From a virus (lineage: Duplodnaviria; Heunggongvirae; Uroviricota; Caudoviricetes): a DNA stretch of 64,000 nucleotides. A program made the position numbers and the translations under genes. Below the pieces are notes generated by a model, which worked only from the letters and a program-made list of their open reading frames with translations, was not told where the DNA came from and did no database searches. Below are positions 27,170 to 36,870 of the stretch, one piece after another; position 1 is the first letter of the stretch; each line of letters begins with the position of its first letter. The stretch lies in IMG/VR virus record IMGVR_UViG_3300003310_000099, positions 298,295 to 362,294 of that record; one strand, written 5' to 3'.

Positions 27170-27985
27170 TTAGCACTGGCCTTCAACCCATTTAAAAATC
27201 TCTATACCCTTATCAATTTCCAGTTTATACCATTCATTCTTTTTGTCTTGGAAGACCGCCGCAGGTTGTAATATGCTTTTCAAGAGATTTTCTGCCTTTG
27301 TGCGGTTATCAAATACTTTTGATTTATAATGTCTTTTATAATCTCTAAAAGGCGCGCCAGTTTGATAACTATCTACTCTTTCCTCATAATCAAGTGACTT
27401 ACCAACTTTAAAATATCCTGGCCATGCAGGATTAGTTAATAAATATAAATATCCTTTTTTAATACCACACTGTTTATTTTTCAATGTTGCCAGTATTGCA
27501 TCTCGTTCTTTTCTTATCTCATCTAATTCTTGGTCAAATTCTGTTATTTGTTTAGGAACTATTTTACTAGCAATAAAATTTCGGTCTTCGGCAGATAGAG
27601 GTAATACTACAGGCCGATCATAACAATTACTTACGTTTAATTTTGCACCCTTTCCAGTATCGTAAACCACTAACTTACCTTGGAATAATTTTATAGATGG
27701 AGATGCATCTGGATAGAGTTTTCGGAATTCCTCGACAGCAGGCACCATTGTATTCAAAAATGTCTGGTAGTCTATGCCGATAGATAACAAAGTATGCTTC
27801 ATTCTTCTCCAGCATTCCTTAACTCTACCTAGCACAGTTGAATAAAGTTGGCGGTAATTTTTCCTGTGGCATTCAAGACAAATACTGTCTCGGTCATAAC
27901 GGTGTCCATATCCAGTTGATTTTTTGAATTCATTGAGTAATTTTTCGTCCCCGCAATTTCTACATTTTATTTTTTCAGTAATCAT
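27170..27985 (-). CDS. T5orf172 / GIY-YIG-like nuclease domain protein with N-terminal zinc finger
   Basis: GYLYLLTNPAWPGYFKVGKS...RVDSYQTGAPFRDY...NEWY. Confidence 0.8.
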   Translation of the reverse strand: MITEKIKCRNCGDEKLLNEFKKSTGYGHRYDRDSICLECHRKNYRQLYSTVLGRVKECWRRMKHTLLSIGIDYQTFLNTMVPAVEEFRKLYPDASPSIKLFQGKLVVYDTGKGAKLNVSNCYDRPVVLPLSAEDRNFIASKIVPKQITEFDQELDEIRKERDAILATLKNKQCGIKKGYLYLLTNPAWPGYFKVGKSLDYEERVDSYQTGAPFRDYKRHYKSKVFDNRTKAENLLKSILQPAAVFQDKKNEWYKLEIDKGIEIFKWVEGQC

Positions 27986-28070
27986 AAATTTAACCCTTTG
28001 TTATTAATGTCATTTGTCATTATAGTATCTTGGTAACAAAAATCAATAAAATATTTTCATATATAACTTC

Positions 28071-29681
28071 ATGTTATTTAGTCAATGGTTAGAGACGGAG
28101 CTTAGTCAAGCTGAGCGAGAAATGCTTGGCAAGCCCAAAGTAGGTAAATCTGGCAAGCCGAGTGCATATAATTATCCGAGTGAGGAGGAATGGGGCAAGC
28201 TTCGTCCTTACTTGGTTAATAGAAGTAAGGCATCTAATCCAAATTTAGATCAAGATTTAACGGCATATACTCCTGGTGAAACTTTAACCATATTAAACAA
28301 TCCTAAGATTAGGGCATATCATGACAGGGTATCGCATTTCAGGGTGCCCGACAATTTTGATACGATAGTATTGGTGCCATGTGCGAAGAGTAAGCCGTGG
28401 GGTGCTGGGTGTAAGAGTAATTTTTACAAAGCGTATCATCAATTGATGGGTGATCCTGAGATGGGTAAAGTCTACATGGCGACTATATCGGAGCCATTGG
28501 GGGTAGTCCCTAGTTCGGATTGGGAGAATTTTCCTCAGTATGACAATCCTGGGTTATTTGATGATACGGCGATGCAGAGTAGTTTAATGACGAAGGATTG
28601 GGGTAAGACGCCTGTGGGGTCAAAGAGGATAATGCCATTTGATGTTAATTCGTACAATCAATCTATAGATGTATTGTCTAAGGTGATAGCATCATTTATG
28701 AAGGTGAATAGTGACAAGAGGTTTGTGGCATTTGTGGACGATCCGAGTGGGAAGTTGACGACGCATGGGGACATGTTGAATCGGGCATCAAGTTTAAGTG
28801 GGATACCGATTACTCGTTTTTCGAAGAAGCCAAAGACAGGTAGGGAGAAGGGGACGGTATATCCATACATGAAGAGTAATATTAGGTTTAAAGAGTGGTT
28901 GATTGAGCAGACGTTTAACGAATTTGAAAGATGGTTGCAGGTGAACAATATTGATATGGGGGATTTAATAAAGCAATTACAGAGTAAGGAACCAGACGGG
29001 CATGGGGGTAATGCGGTATTTTACAAGATACCAGGGACTCAATTTGGGGTAAAGATTATTAAGGGCACGAAGGGTATTGGTCAGTTGAGGGCGGCGGATG
29101 ATGAATTGGGGGATGAGAACTACGGGCAGGCGATTGCGCATTATGGTTCAAATATACAAATATTAAAATTGCAATCTGGGATTCCTGCGGGTCATCCTTA
29201 CAAATATGATAAGGATGATATGGAAGGTGCGAAGGCAAGGTATTTGGCAAATTTGGAGTCGGCTGCGGGGATGCCAGTGTCTGAATATGAGCGTTTATTT
29301 AGGAGTATAAAGAAGTTAAATGATAGGGGTTGGGTAATTGATCCGAGCAAGAGTGGGAATTTATTGATAGACAGGGGGCGGTTTAATTTGGTGGACATTA
29401 ATAAGCATGAGGGGGATTACAGGAACAATGCGGGTGAGGTGGTGAGTATGTTGATAGACAATTTTCATTTTGGCAAGTATTTTACGAATGACATGAGGGT
29501 AAAGGGGTTGGCGAAGCAGATAATAGAGAAGGCGGATGAGGCGGCGGCGAGGGTAGGATTTCCTTACAACAAGGAATCATCGACTTCGCAATATTCGCAT
29601 CAACATGCATATGGTCCAGTGGAGGAGCCTTGGAAAGCAGTGGTGAATAATGATAAGGAATTTGGTTGGGATCATGTATAA
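28071..29681 (+). CDS. DUF5591/ArcS-like domain fused to a protein-kinase-like domain
   Basis: VLVPCAKSKPW, SEPLGVVP, QYD; then GHGGNAVFY, VKI, DPSKSGNLLI, LVD. Confidence 0.6.
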   Translation: MLFSQWLETELSQAEREMLGKPKVGKSGKPSAYNYPSEEEWGKLRPYLVNRSKASNPNLDQDLTAYTPGETLTILNNPKIRAYHDRVSHFRVPDNFDTIVLVPCAKSKPWGAGCKSNFYKAYHQLMGDPEMGKVYMATISEPLGVVPSSDWENFPQYDNPGLFDDTAMQSSLMTKDWGKTPVGSKRIMPFDVNSYNQSIDVLSKVIASFMKVNSDKRFVAFVDDPSGKLTTHGDMLNRASSLSGIPITRFSKKPKTGREKGTVYPYMKSNIRFKEWLIEQTFNEFERWLQVNNIDMGDLIKQLQSKEPDGHGGNAVFYKIPGTQFGVKIIKGTKGIGQLRAADDELGDENYGQAIAHYGSNIQILKLQSGIPAGHPYKYDKDDMEGAKARYLANLESAAGMPVSEYERLFRSIKKLNDRGWVIDPSKSGNLLIDRGRFNLVDINKHEGDYRNNAGEVVSMLIDNFHFGKYFTNDMRVKGLAKQIIEKADEAAARVGFPYNKESSTSQYSHQHAYGPVEEPWKAVVNNDKEFGWDHV

Positions 29682-29737
29682 AATTGGTAGAAGTTAATAA
29701 AAACGGGATTTAGGTTAGGTAGGAGATATATAGGGTT

Positions 29738-30370
29738 ATGTATAAATTCAGAGAGTATGTTTCTAAAAGGGATGAGGTCAATTACAATCCTAATTTAGGG
29801 AAGGTATTGCCACAATCTGTTCGTGGGAACGTAGATTTTTCGATACCTACGGCAGCGATGAAGACAGGGGCGGCGGCATTACAGGGAGTTGGGACATTGG
29901 CTGGTGGTATGGTGGCGGCATTGAGTGGGGTGCCCGTAACGATTCAGGCGATGCAGGATGCGAAGACAAGGTTTGAGAGGGCACAGAGGTATATATTACC
30001 TTATTTGGCGAAGGATGAGGGAATGAGGGCTAGGGTATTACAAAAGGTAGATTCGGCATTGGCATTTTTGCAGAGTAATCAGGACAAGGGAGTTATTAGT
30101 GGTGGTGAGGGTTTGCCTGATGTAGGGATGGGTGGTGTACATGGTGGTGTTGGGTCGGCATTATGGAAGGGTTTGAGTGCTACTTTCAAGAATTTATATG
30201 ATACTTTATTAAACAGGAGTAACAGGGCTGGTCCGTTCTTGGAACAGTTTAAGGTTATGTTTGAGTCATTGGGGGAAATGACTAAGGAGGTAGCTTACGG
30301 CAAGTTACGGGCATTCAAGCAGGCTGCTGAGGTAGGCAGCACATATATTGATCCAGATACGATGAGATAA
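29738..30370 (+). CDS. hypothetical protein, probable internal head protein
   Basis: MYKFREYV N-terminus; TATATA upstream. Confidence 0.7.
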   Translation: MYKFREYVSKRDEVNYNPNLGKVLPQSVRGNVDFSIPTAAMKTGAAALQGVGTLAGGMVAALSGVPVTIQAMQDAKTRFERAQRYILPYLAKDEGMRARVLQKVDSALAFLQSNQDKGVISGGEGLPDVGMGGVHGGVGSALWKGLSATFKNLYDTLLNRSNRAGPFLEQFKVMFESLGEMTKEVAYGKLRAFKQAAEVGSTYIDPDTMR

Positions 30371-30383
30371 GGATATATAGGAT

Positions 30384-30578
30384 ATGATTACATTTACTAA
30401 TTGGTTAAAGATGAAGGAGGCATCTGCTTTTACGAGGAGTAGGACTGCTGCTGCTTTAGGTACAGGCCCAACGATTCCAGATGCACAGATTAATAGTCGT
30501 AGTACAGCAAGACCTTGGGAGGCCAAGGCTATCAAGAAGAGAAACAAGAAAAAGTGCAAACCAAAGAAGAAAATGTGA
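30384..30578 (+). CDS. small basic protein
   Basis: MITFTNWLKMKE N-terminus. Confidence 0.6.
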   Translation: MITFTNWLKMKEASAFTRSRTAAALGTGPTIPDAQINSRSTARPWEAKAIKKRNKKKCKPKKKM

Positions 30579-30595
30579 GGCTGATGGTTTATTGG

Positions 30596-30844
30596 TTAGT
30601 TTAGCCAATCCTCTGATTTATAATTTCCTAATTGGTCACTTTGTTCTAGTATTTCGATAGTGGAGAAATACAGATCATCATCACTATTAGAATCAAAGCC
30701 AGCTTCACTTACCATGACAATGGAACTTAAAGATGAAACTGGCTTATTTTCTAGCATTTTAAAAGCATCAATTGCTGCTTTTTTTGGAGTAGGTCGATCA
30801 ATAATTTGTTTAAAGTCGCCTGAAATAACATAATATTTTGCCAT
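30596..30844 (-). CDS. hypothetical protein
   Basis: MAKYYVISG...VSEAGF. Confidence 0.7.
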   Translation of the reverse strand: MAKYYVISGDFKQIIDRPTPKKAAIDAFKMLENKPVSSLSSIVMVSEAGFDSNSDDDLYFSTIEILEQSDQLGNYKSEDWLN

Positions 30845-31119
30845 TATTTATCATTCTCTGCTAATTGGTTGAAATGTGCTGCACCCATTTGGAGCAGTTC
30901 TGCGAGTTCGCTTTCTGGGATATTACGATAATTGATATCCCAACCTTTGTGTAAGGGGCTTTGTTCACCTTTTGCTTCTATATTAGAGTGGAAGATTACG
31001 CCTGCGAAGGTTGATCTTTCGATAATTTCTTCGATTAATTCTTTGGTTGAGTAAAATTCCAGCGCATTTGATCTTCGGACAATTTCATCGACTAATTCTT
31101 TGGTGGTATATTCGTTCAT
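30844..31119 (-). CDS. hypothetical protein with duplicated STKELxxEIxxR motif
   Basis: AGGAG RBS. Confidence 0.7.
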   Translation of the reverse strand: MNEYTTKELVDEIVRRSNALEFYSTKELIEEIIERSTFAGVIFHSNIEAKGEQSPLHKGWDINYRNIPESELAELLQMGAAHFNQLAENDK

Positions 31120-31128
31120 TATAAACTC

Positions 31129-31740
31129 CTATGCAAAATTATGTTCAACAGTTATTTTCAAGCTAATTTCTGGCAAGTGTATATGGTTACACAGTTTATG
31201 TTTTTTGGCTTCTTTTGCATTAAGGAACCATTCAGCGTGGCTTTTTTGGTGGATTAGGTCTAAGAAGTAGTTGGGTGGTTGGCCACAGTTTTTGGCTAGT
31301 AGTGAGAAAATATGTTTGTTAAGGCGTTCGGTTTGTCCTACATCGGCTTTAAGTTCTTCGATTTTGCCGTAGGTGAAGTTTGAAACGTCATGAAGCATGA
31401 TGGTAGCATGTTCAGACATAAATCGCAAGCCATGATTTCCGAACCCAAAGAGAATTGCGCCTGCGGACATTGCCTTGGATTCGCAGATAGTGGCAACTGG
31501 CAATTTGCAATTTTGGATTTCTGAAATCATGGACAGTAGTGCATAAACTTGTCCACCGTAGGAATCTACGACGATGGGTACGACGGTTTGTCCTGAATTG
31601 CAGGCTTTATTGATATCTTCTGAGAAATGTTTTGAGCCATCTTCGTCAAATTTGGTGATTCTAATTACGATAGGGAGGTCAATAAGGTCTTCAGCTGCTT
31701 TTATTTTAATTCTGGGATCGACTTCGATTCGTCTATGCAT
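31129..31740 (-). CDS. clpP: ClpP-family protease proteolytic subunit
   Basis: VDSYGGQV, catalytic AMSAGA, RFMSEHATIMLHD, WFLNAKEA. Confidence 0.85.
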   Translation of the reverse strand: MHRRIEVDPRIKIKAAEDLIDLPIVIRITKFDEDGSKHFSEDINKACNSGQTVVPIVVDSYGGQVYALLSMISEIQNCKLPVATICESKAMSAGAILFGFGNHGLRFMSEHATIMLHDVSNFTYGKIEELKADVGQTERLNKHIFSLLAKNCGQPPNYFLDLIHQKSHAEWFLNAKEAKKHKLCNHIHLPEISLKITVEHNFA

Positions 31741-32336
31741 TGTATTTCCTTTGCCAGCCAAATAATTCTATTTTTACGGATATAGGTAATACTACAATTG
31801 GTTATTTTACCTATACTTGATATACAATGAGTAATCTGAATAACATTTTGAATAAAATCCGTATGTGTAATCAGTATAGACTTTTCTGGGATGGAGTCAA
31901 GGGTTTTTACAAGTCTGTCGCAGAAATCTATTTCATTTTCTTGACGTTTGCTGAGGTTGTCATATGGAGCAAAATGTACTTTACAATTTTGTTCAATGAT
32001 TGCAGAAGTTTCTGCACATCTTTTATAGGGGGAATGGAGTCCCTGGAAGTTTTGGAGGTGCATGGTGGATAAAAAGTTTGCGACCTGGAGTGCTTGTTGG
32101 CGTCCACGCTCAGTGAGTGGGCCATTTTCTTGTTCTGTAGCTTCGCCATGACGTAGGATGATAATTTCTTTGAGGTAGATTACTTTATCTTCATCGGTGA
32201 TGAATTTATGGTTTTTGCAATCGAGGAAGCCAGAGATTAGTTTTCCATCTTTTTCGGTTTCATTTAGCTTACCGAAGGCTTCGCCGTGATGAGTGCCAGT
32301 AACAATTTTATCATCCGTTAAAATAGCTGGGACCAT
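31701..32336 (-). CDS. histidine phosphatase family protein
   Basis: LRHGE, LTERGRQQA, SPYKRCAET, ITH, NCS motifs. Confidence 0.85.
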   Translation of the reverse strand: MVPAILTDDKIVTGTHHGEAFGKLNETEKDGKLISGFLDCKNHKFITDEDKVIYLKEIIILRHGEATEQENGPLTERGRQQALQVANFLSTMHLQNFQGLHSPYKRCAETSAIIEQNCKVHFAPYDNLSKRQENEIDFCDRLVKTLDSIPEKSILITHTDFIQNVIQITHCISSIGKITNCSITYIRKNRIIWLAKEIQCIDESKSIPELK

Positions 32337-32357
32337 AGTAAAGCCTCCATTCTCTAT

Positions 32358-33185
32358 TTATTTCTCGGAAGATTTTTTATATGAAGTAATTACCTTGCCG
32401 ACATAATCCATTGCTTTGTTTGCGTTATACTTTAGGAGTATATCATATGGGTCGCCCATGCTGAAGATGATTGGCGGCTCAAAGCGGAACATGTTTTTAT
32501 TGAAATAAGGTGGTAGACCACGCTTGTAATGAATAAGGTGTTTCAGTTCATTATCCATCAAGGTATTTTCTATACCAACTGTCCCATAATACGTTAAATG
32601 TCCGTAATATTCAAGCATTGTTAATGCCCAGGCAGTTTTTTCCGCATCTTGCCAGCCTGGATGGGTTTTGGCTAGATAATCAGCTAGTTCAAGGACTCTT
32701 TTTACAAATTCATCTGGTAATTTTTCGAAACAGATTGTGGCTCCTAACGGGAGCCACAATTCATCTTCAATTTTTTTTGCATCCTTCACTGTTTTTACAA
32801 AATCTTCTGAACGACTTTTCTGTAATGTGAATTCTGGGTCCATCTGGAAGGTAATGTCGATAGACCTATTTTCTATAGGTTTCACCAGAATAGTATCAGG
32901 ATGAATGAGTGTGAAAGGTGGTTTGATTAAGCCTTTAGTGATGGCAACATAGAGTCCATAGACACGATTAAAATAAGGACAGCCTTTTTCCTTACCGATA
33001 TTGTCATGCACAAAGACATGTTTATGGGAACGAAGATTAACTGGTTCCGAATAGATTGGTTCGGTACTATCTGCAAGTCCTACGACAAGGGAATCTTGCA
33101 GGTTGTGCATTTTGAAACTTTCTATAAGGAGTTCCAATTGCCAGTGATGATAGGCTATGTTTTCTGCGCTTACGAAATACTGCAT
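32358..33185 (-). CDS. putative glycosyltransferase (HPAT/serine galactosyltransferase-like)
   Basis: YHHWQ, YFNR, HPDTILVKP, WxxE, IHY motifs in expected order. Confidence 0.5.
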   Translation of the reverse strand: MQYFVSAENIAYHHWQLELLIESFKMHNLQDSLVVGLADSTEPIYSEPVNLRSHKHVFVHDNIGKEKGCPYFNRVYGLYVAITKGLIKPPFTLIHPDTILVKPIENRSIDITFQMDPEFTLQKSRSEDFVKTVKDAKKIEDELWLPLGATICFEKLPDEFVKRVLELADYLAKTHPGWQDAEKTAWALTMLEYYGHLTYYGTVGIENTLMDNELKHLIHYKRGLPPYFNKNMFRFEPPIIFSMGDPYDILLKYNANKAMDYVGKVITSYKKSSEK

Positions 33186-33186
33186 T

Positions 33187-33492
33187 TTAATTCTCTATAA
33201 AGTTTTCTAAGAACAACCGATATACTTTACTATATGCTCGGCCCCAATTTGGTCCATGAACGTCAACATCCTTATCCCATGCAACGGCGTGGGCGACTTC
33301 ATGAATCATAACATCAATTGAGTAATTTTCTGACAAAATTCTGTTTATTTTAACGAGGAACACGTCATTCTTAATTTCACATTGGCCATCCAATGAAGCT
33401 TTCAACCTAACTCTTCTGATAACGATAGGTTTTTCAGCTAGATTGCTATTTTGGTAAAACTTTGCTACACGCCGATAGAGTTCGTAGTTCAA
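33187..33492 (-). CDS. SprT-like zinc metallopeptidase
   Basis: HEVAH...HGPNW. Confidence 0.75.
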   Translation of the reverse strand: MNYELYRRVAKFYQNSNLAEKPIVIRRVRLKASLDGQCEIKNDVFLVKINRILSENYSIDVMIHEVAHAVAWDKDVDVHGPNWGRAYSKVYRLFLENFIEN

Positions 33493-33527
33493 TGAACCCC
33501 CTGAAGTTGGATGTATGATTATTTAGC

Positions 33528-34178
33528 TTAAACTGAATAGTTTTTGTTACTACGAACGTCGTGGACTAATACAGCCTTTAAATTTGGCCAACTTTCCTTT
33601 AAATTTCTACCAAGTTCCAAAAATTTATTAACGTGGTCTGCTCTATCGTCAAATATCTCTACTGTTTCTATTTCTGGGGACATTAAACGCTTAATAATCA
33701 CGAAAGCCTTGTAATCAAACGTATCATTAGATTTGGGGTATTCTGGGTGTTTTGTTAAATCTTTTTGTCCTTTGAAGTAATATTCATCTGCATGGACGCC
33801 ATAATGGGCAAGAATATCTTTGACACTATCGCCCAAAGCGGCATGTCTGCCTGTCATGATAACTGTATGGGTTTGTGGATCATCGTGGAATGATTTTAAA
33901 GCGTTTGCCACATTTTGGTTAAGTTTTTCTGGAGTGCGGTCGAATTTTAGGGTTTCAGGTCTTCCCCACCATCCTGTTCTTCTGAATTTAGGATCGAATC
34001 CATGTTGAACGGCGGTTTCCTTATCTTTAATCATCCAGGGTTTGCCTGTAGTTTTTTCATATTCTGGGATACCCTGTTCAGGCGTTGGTGTATACACAAG
34101 CGTATCATCAAAGTCTATAATGGCGATACGTTTAATGCCTGTTGGGGCACTTTCCATAAATTGTTTAAAACTCAGCAT
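33528..34178 (-). CDS. HAD phosphatase, Swiss-Army-Knife RNA-repair-like
   Basis: DFDDTLVYTP, WW, MTGR, FDDRADH. Confidence 0.8.
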   Translation of the reverse strand: MLSFKQFMESAPTGIKRIAIIDFDDTLVYTPTPEQGIPEYEKTTGKPWMIKDKETAVQHGFDPKFRRTGWWGRPETLKFDRTPEKLNQNVANALKSFHDDPQTHTVIMTGRHAALGDSVKDILAHYGVHADEYYFKGQKDLTKHPEYPKSNDTFDYKAFVIIKRLMSPEIETVEIFDDRADHVNKFLELGRNLKESWPNLKAVLVHDVRSNKNYSV

Positions 34179-34347
34179 TTTAATTTATACCAAATATAAA
34201 ACCCTACAGCACTGGCTAGGCAACTCCAGTAATCGACATAACCTCCGTACCAAAACATACCTACGCCGATAGCGATGCTATTGACTAAGGCTAAAGTAAA
34301 AGCAATCCATGCTACAAAATTTCTAACTTCATGTTTGGGGCACATAT

Positions 34348-35865
34348 TTACTCTTGTTTGTTATTAAAAGACTTACGGAACTTATCAGTTTCAATATTCT
34401 TAATAGCACTACCGAACTCTTCACCTTGAGGGATTCTGCCGCCAAGGTGTTGTACGATTTCTGGGTTTACTACTCTTCTATCGCCATCCTGAACATAACC
34501 TCTTGTCTGCATATCGTGAGATATGAACTTGTTCATAACGTCGTCTGGAAGTTTATTCATCCTACCCCATTGCTTTGCCAAGCTTGGGACGATGCCTGTT
34601 TTGTGGAAATTTTTCTTCATATCATAGAACTTATCGAAGAACGCTTGTGGATTTTGTTCATGCGAAGAAACCCACTTAGCAAGTTCGATCAAGTGTGTGA
34701 TATCACGAATTTCGTCATTGGTCCAAGTGCCTTGACGAAGTGCTTTTTCAATTTTAAATGTTGGGTTGTTTCTCAACAGCCAAGCGATGGCTAATCTCTT
34801 TTCTTTTTTATCACTGAAGTCTTCAGGTGCATCTAGTTTGAATTCCAAGTCTGGGAATACAGTATTCAGCATACCCAATTCTTTGAATAGTTTTACATAG
34901 TGTGCTGGATCAACGTCTGGATGTTGTAGACCCTTCAAGAATTCATCCCTAATACGTTCACGGCTTACAGATGGCAAGTCCTTAATATCTGTAATTGCTT
35001 CCTTTACGTCATCTGGAATTTTGGTGTTCTTACCATGAGAAGCTACGAAGCGAAGGTAACGCATAGCTCTTAGCTGATCTTCTTCCAATCTTTCTCTTGC
35101 ATTGCCGACGAATTTTACTTCTCCGCTTCTGATGTGGTGAGCGCCACCGTGAGGATCAATAAGTTTAGCGTTTGCACCATCTGCGGTTGTAAGTGGGATA
35201 TACATAGAGTTCATGGTGAAGTCACGGCGTTGTGCATCATCATCGAGTCCAGCGAATTCCATGCGATCTGGTGTTCTCCCGTCACCGCTCTTGGAGTCTT
35301 TTCTGAAAGTTGCGATTTCAAATTCTTCGCCGTTGACTCTAGCGCCGATTACGAATTCTTTACCACTACGGTCCCAGCCCTTGGCATAGAAAATCTTGCT
35401 TTTATTACCAGCTTCTGGGTGTTTTTCATATTTCTTATCAATAGGCGCATTCTTTCCAGTCTGTGGTTTAGTTTCAGCGAAACCTGCACTTCTTAGAATT
35501 AATCTGATTTCATCTGGGGTTGCGTCTGTAGCCAGGTCATAGTCTTTAGGAGTTTTGCCTTTAAGATGATCCCTTACTGCACCGCCGACTAAGTATAGAC
35601 CTTTCTTTTTCAATTTAGGTGTGGTTTCACCTTTAGATGGGTCCATAGTTGTTAATTTTTGTGGATAGCCATCTGGACCAGGCAGACTAACTTGGCCACT
35701 ATCAAGGAATGCCTTGATGATGGTTCTTAGATTAGGATGACGTTCAGCGTCAACTGTAAATGGCTTGAAGTCACTGTCATCACCGAGTTTAACTTCGGAT
35801 GGTGCCTTCTTTCCACCTTCTACATTTTCTTTCAAGCTCAAGTATTCTAAAAAAGTTTTTCTCAT
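34348..35865 (-). CDS. cca: CCA-adding tRNA nucleotidyltransferase (class II)
   Basis: LVGGAVRD, DYDLAT, EIATFR, DAQRRDFTMN, EDQLRAMRYLRF, VSRERIRDEF. Confidence 0.9.
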   Translation of the reverse strand: MRKTFLEYLSLKENVEGGKKAPSEVKLGDDSDFKPFTVDAERHPNLRTIIKAFLDSGQVSLPGPDGYPQKLTTMDPSKGETTPKLKKKGLYLVGGAVRDHLKGKTPKDYDLATDATPDEIRLILRSAGFAETKPQTGKNAPIDKKYEKHPEAGNKSKIFYAKGWDRSGKEFVIGARVNGEEFEIATFRKDSKSGDGRTPDRMEFAGLDDDAQRRDFTMNSMYIPLTTADGANAKLIDPHGGAHHIRSGEVKFVGNARERLEEDQLRAMRYLRFVASHGKNTKIPDDVKEAITDIKDLPSVSRERIRDEFLKGLQHPDVDPAHYVKLFKELGMLNTVFPDLEFKLDAPEDFSDKKEKRLAIAWLLRNNPTFKIEKALRQGTWTNDEIRDITHLIELAKWVSSHEQNPQAFFDKFYDMKKNFHKTGIVPSLAKQWGRMNKLPDDVMNKFISHDMQTRGYVQDGDRRVVNPEIVQHLGGRIPQGEEFGSAIKNIETDKFRKSFNNKQE

Positions 35866-35906
35866 ATCTTTACCTTATTAACTATTTATGGTTGACACTC
35901 GGTTTT

Positions 35907-36308
35907 TCAAGGTTTGATTCCGAGCTTCCATAAAATAATAGCTCCAATTACAACAGTGGCAACTTTGTACAAGAAGTCTATGACATTTGCCCACTTATTA
36001 TCTTGTTGTCCAATACTCTTTTCCATCATATTTATATCTTGTTCTATCTTAATAGATTTACCAGATAAATATTCTACTTTTTCCTGTAAAGCAATGATAT
36101 CGCTCTTAATGCTATCCACATCACTATTGCCTTCAAGTATACTTAATCTAGCTACCAACGTGATTTGATTCTCGGATACTTTTTCAAATCGCGCTTTGAA
36201 TATGTTATTGTCTTCGACAAGAACTTTAACTCTTTCATCAATTCTTGCGGTAACGTCTGAAACGCTTTTAAGCGAGTTACTTAATTCTTTGTAGGCAATC
36301 TCATCCAT
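35907..36308 (-). CDS. coiled-coil protein with C-terminal TM helix (holin-like)
   Basis: ARIDERVK coiled coil, hydrophobic C-terminus. Confidence 0.6.
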   Translation of the reverse strand: MDEIAYKELSNSLKSVSDVTARIDERVKVLVEDNNIFKARFEKVSENQITLVARLSILEGNSDVDSIKSDIIALQEKVEYLSGKSIKIEQDINMMEKSIGQQDNKWANVIDFLYKVATVVIGAIILWKLGIKP

Positions 36309-36384
36309 GACTCTCCTTTAGAAATTATATAGACTTAATACAGATTGGTTCTATGAAAAACTCAAATTTACTCTAAATATAGAT

Positions 36385-36855
36385 ATGGAAAATGAAGAAT
36401 TAGAAAAGCTGTTACCACAAATTAACGTAACTGTTCCACAGCAACTACAGCAACTACAGCAGCAACAAGAAGAAAAAGCAAGTATTGTTCCTCCTGAAAT
36501 GCTTTTAGGCTTAATTTCTGAGGCTTTAGACGATATCAGAAAAGAAAAAGAACAAGTCGATGGCCTGATCGAAACCTTTAGTGATATGGTTTTTAACGAA
36601 GGAGATTCTACCACATCTAGCAAAGAAGCTCTAGTAAATTTGGTCAAAATCAAAACAGACACGACCAACAATAAGACAAAAATCATAGATTTAGCAACAA
36701 GAATCCACCTGAAGGAGAAGGACACCTTCCCAAGATATTTGAATTTACATGCTCAACAAACAAATAACATCGCTGGGCCTTCTGATAAGCGAGAGCTAAT
36801 CAAAGCGATAAACAAAATTAAAAAGAAGAAGGAATTGGAAAGTGGCAATTTATAA
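36385..36855 (+). CDS. hypothetical protein
   Basis: 156-aa ORF after TAAATA. Confidence 0.75.
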   Translation: MENEELEKLLPQINVTVPQQLQQLQQQQEEKASIVPPEMLLGLISEALDDIRKEKEQVDGLIETFSDMVFNEGDSTTSSKEALVNLVKIKTDTTNNKTKIIDLATRIHLKEKDTFPRYLNLHAQQTNNIAGPSDKRELIKAINKIKKKKELESGNL

Positions 36856-36870
36856 CATATATATTTCACA

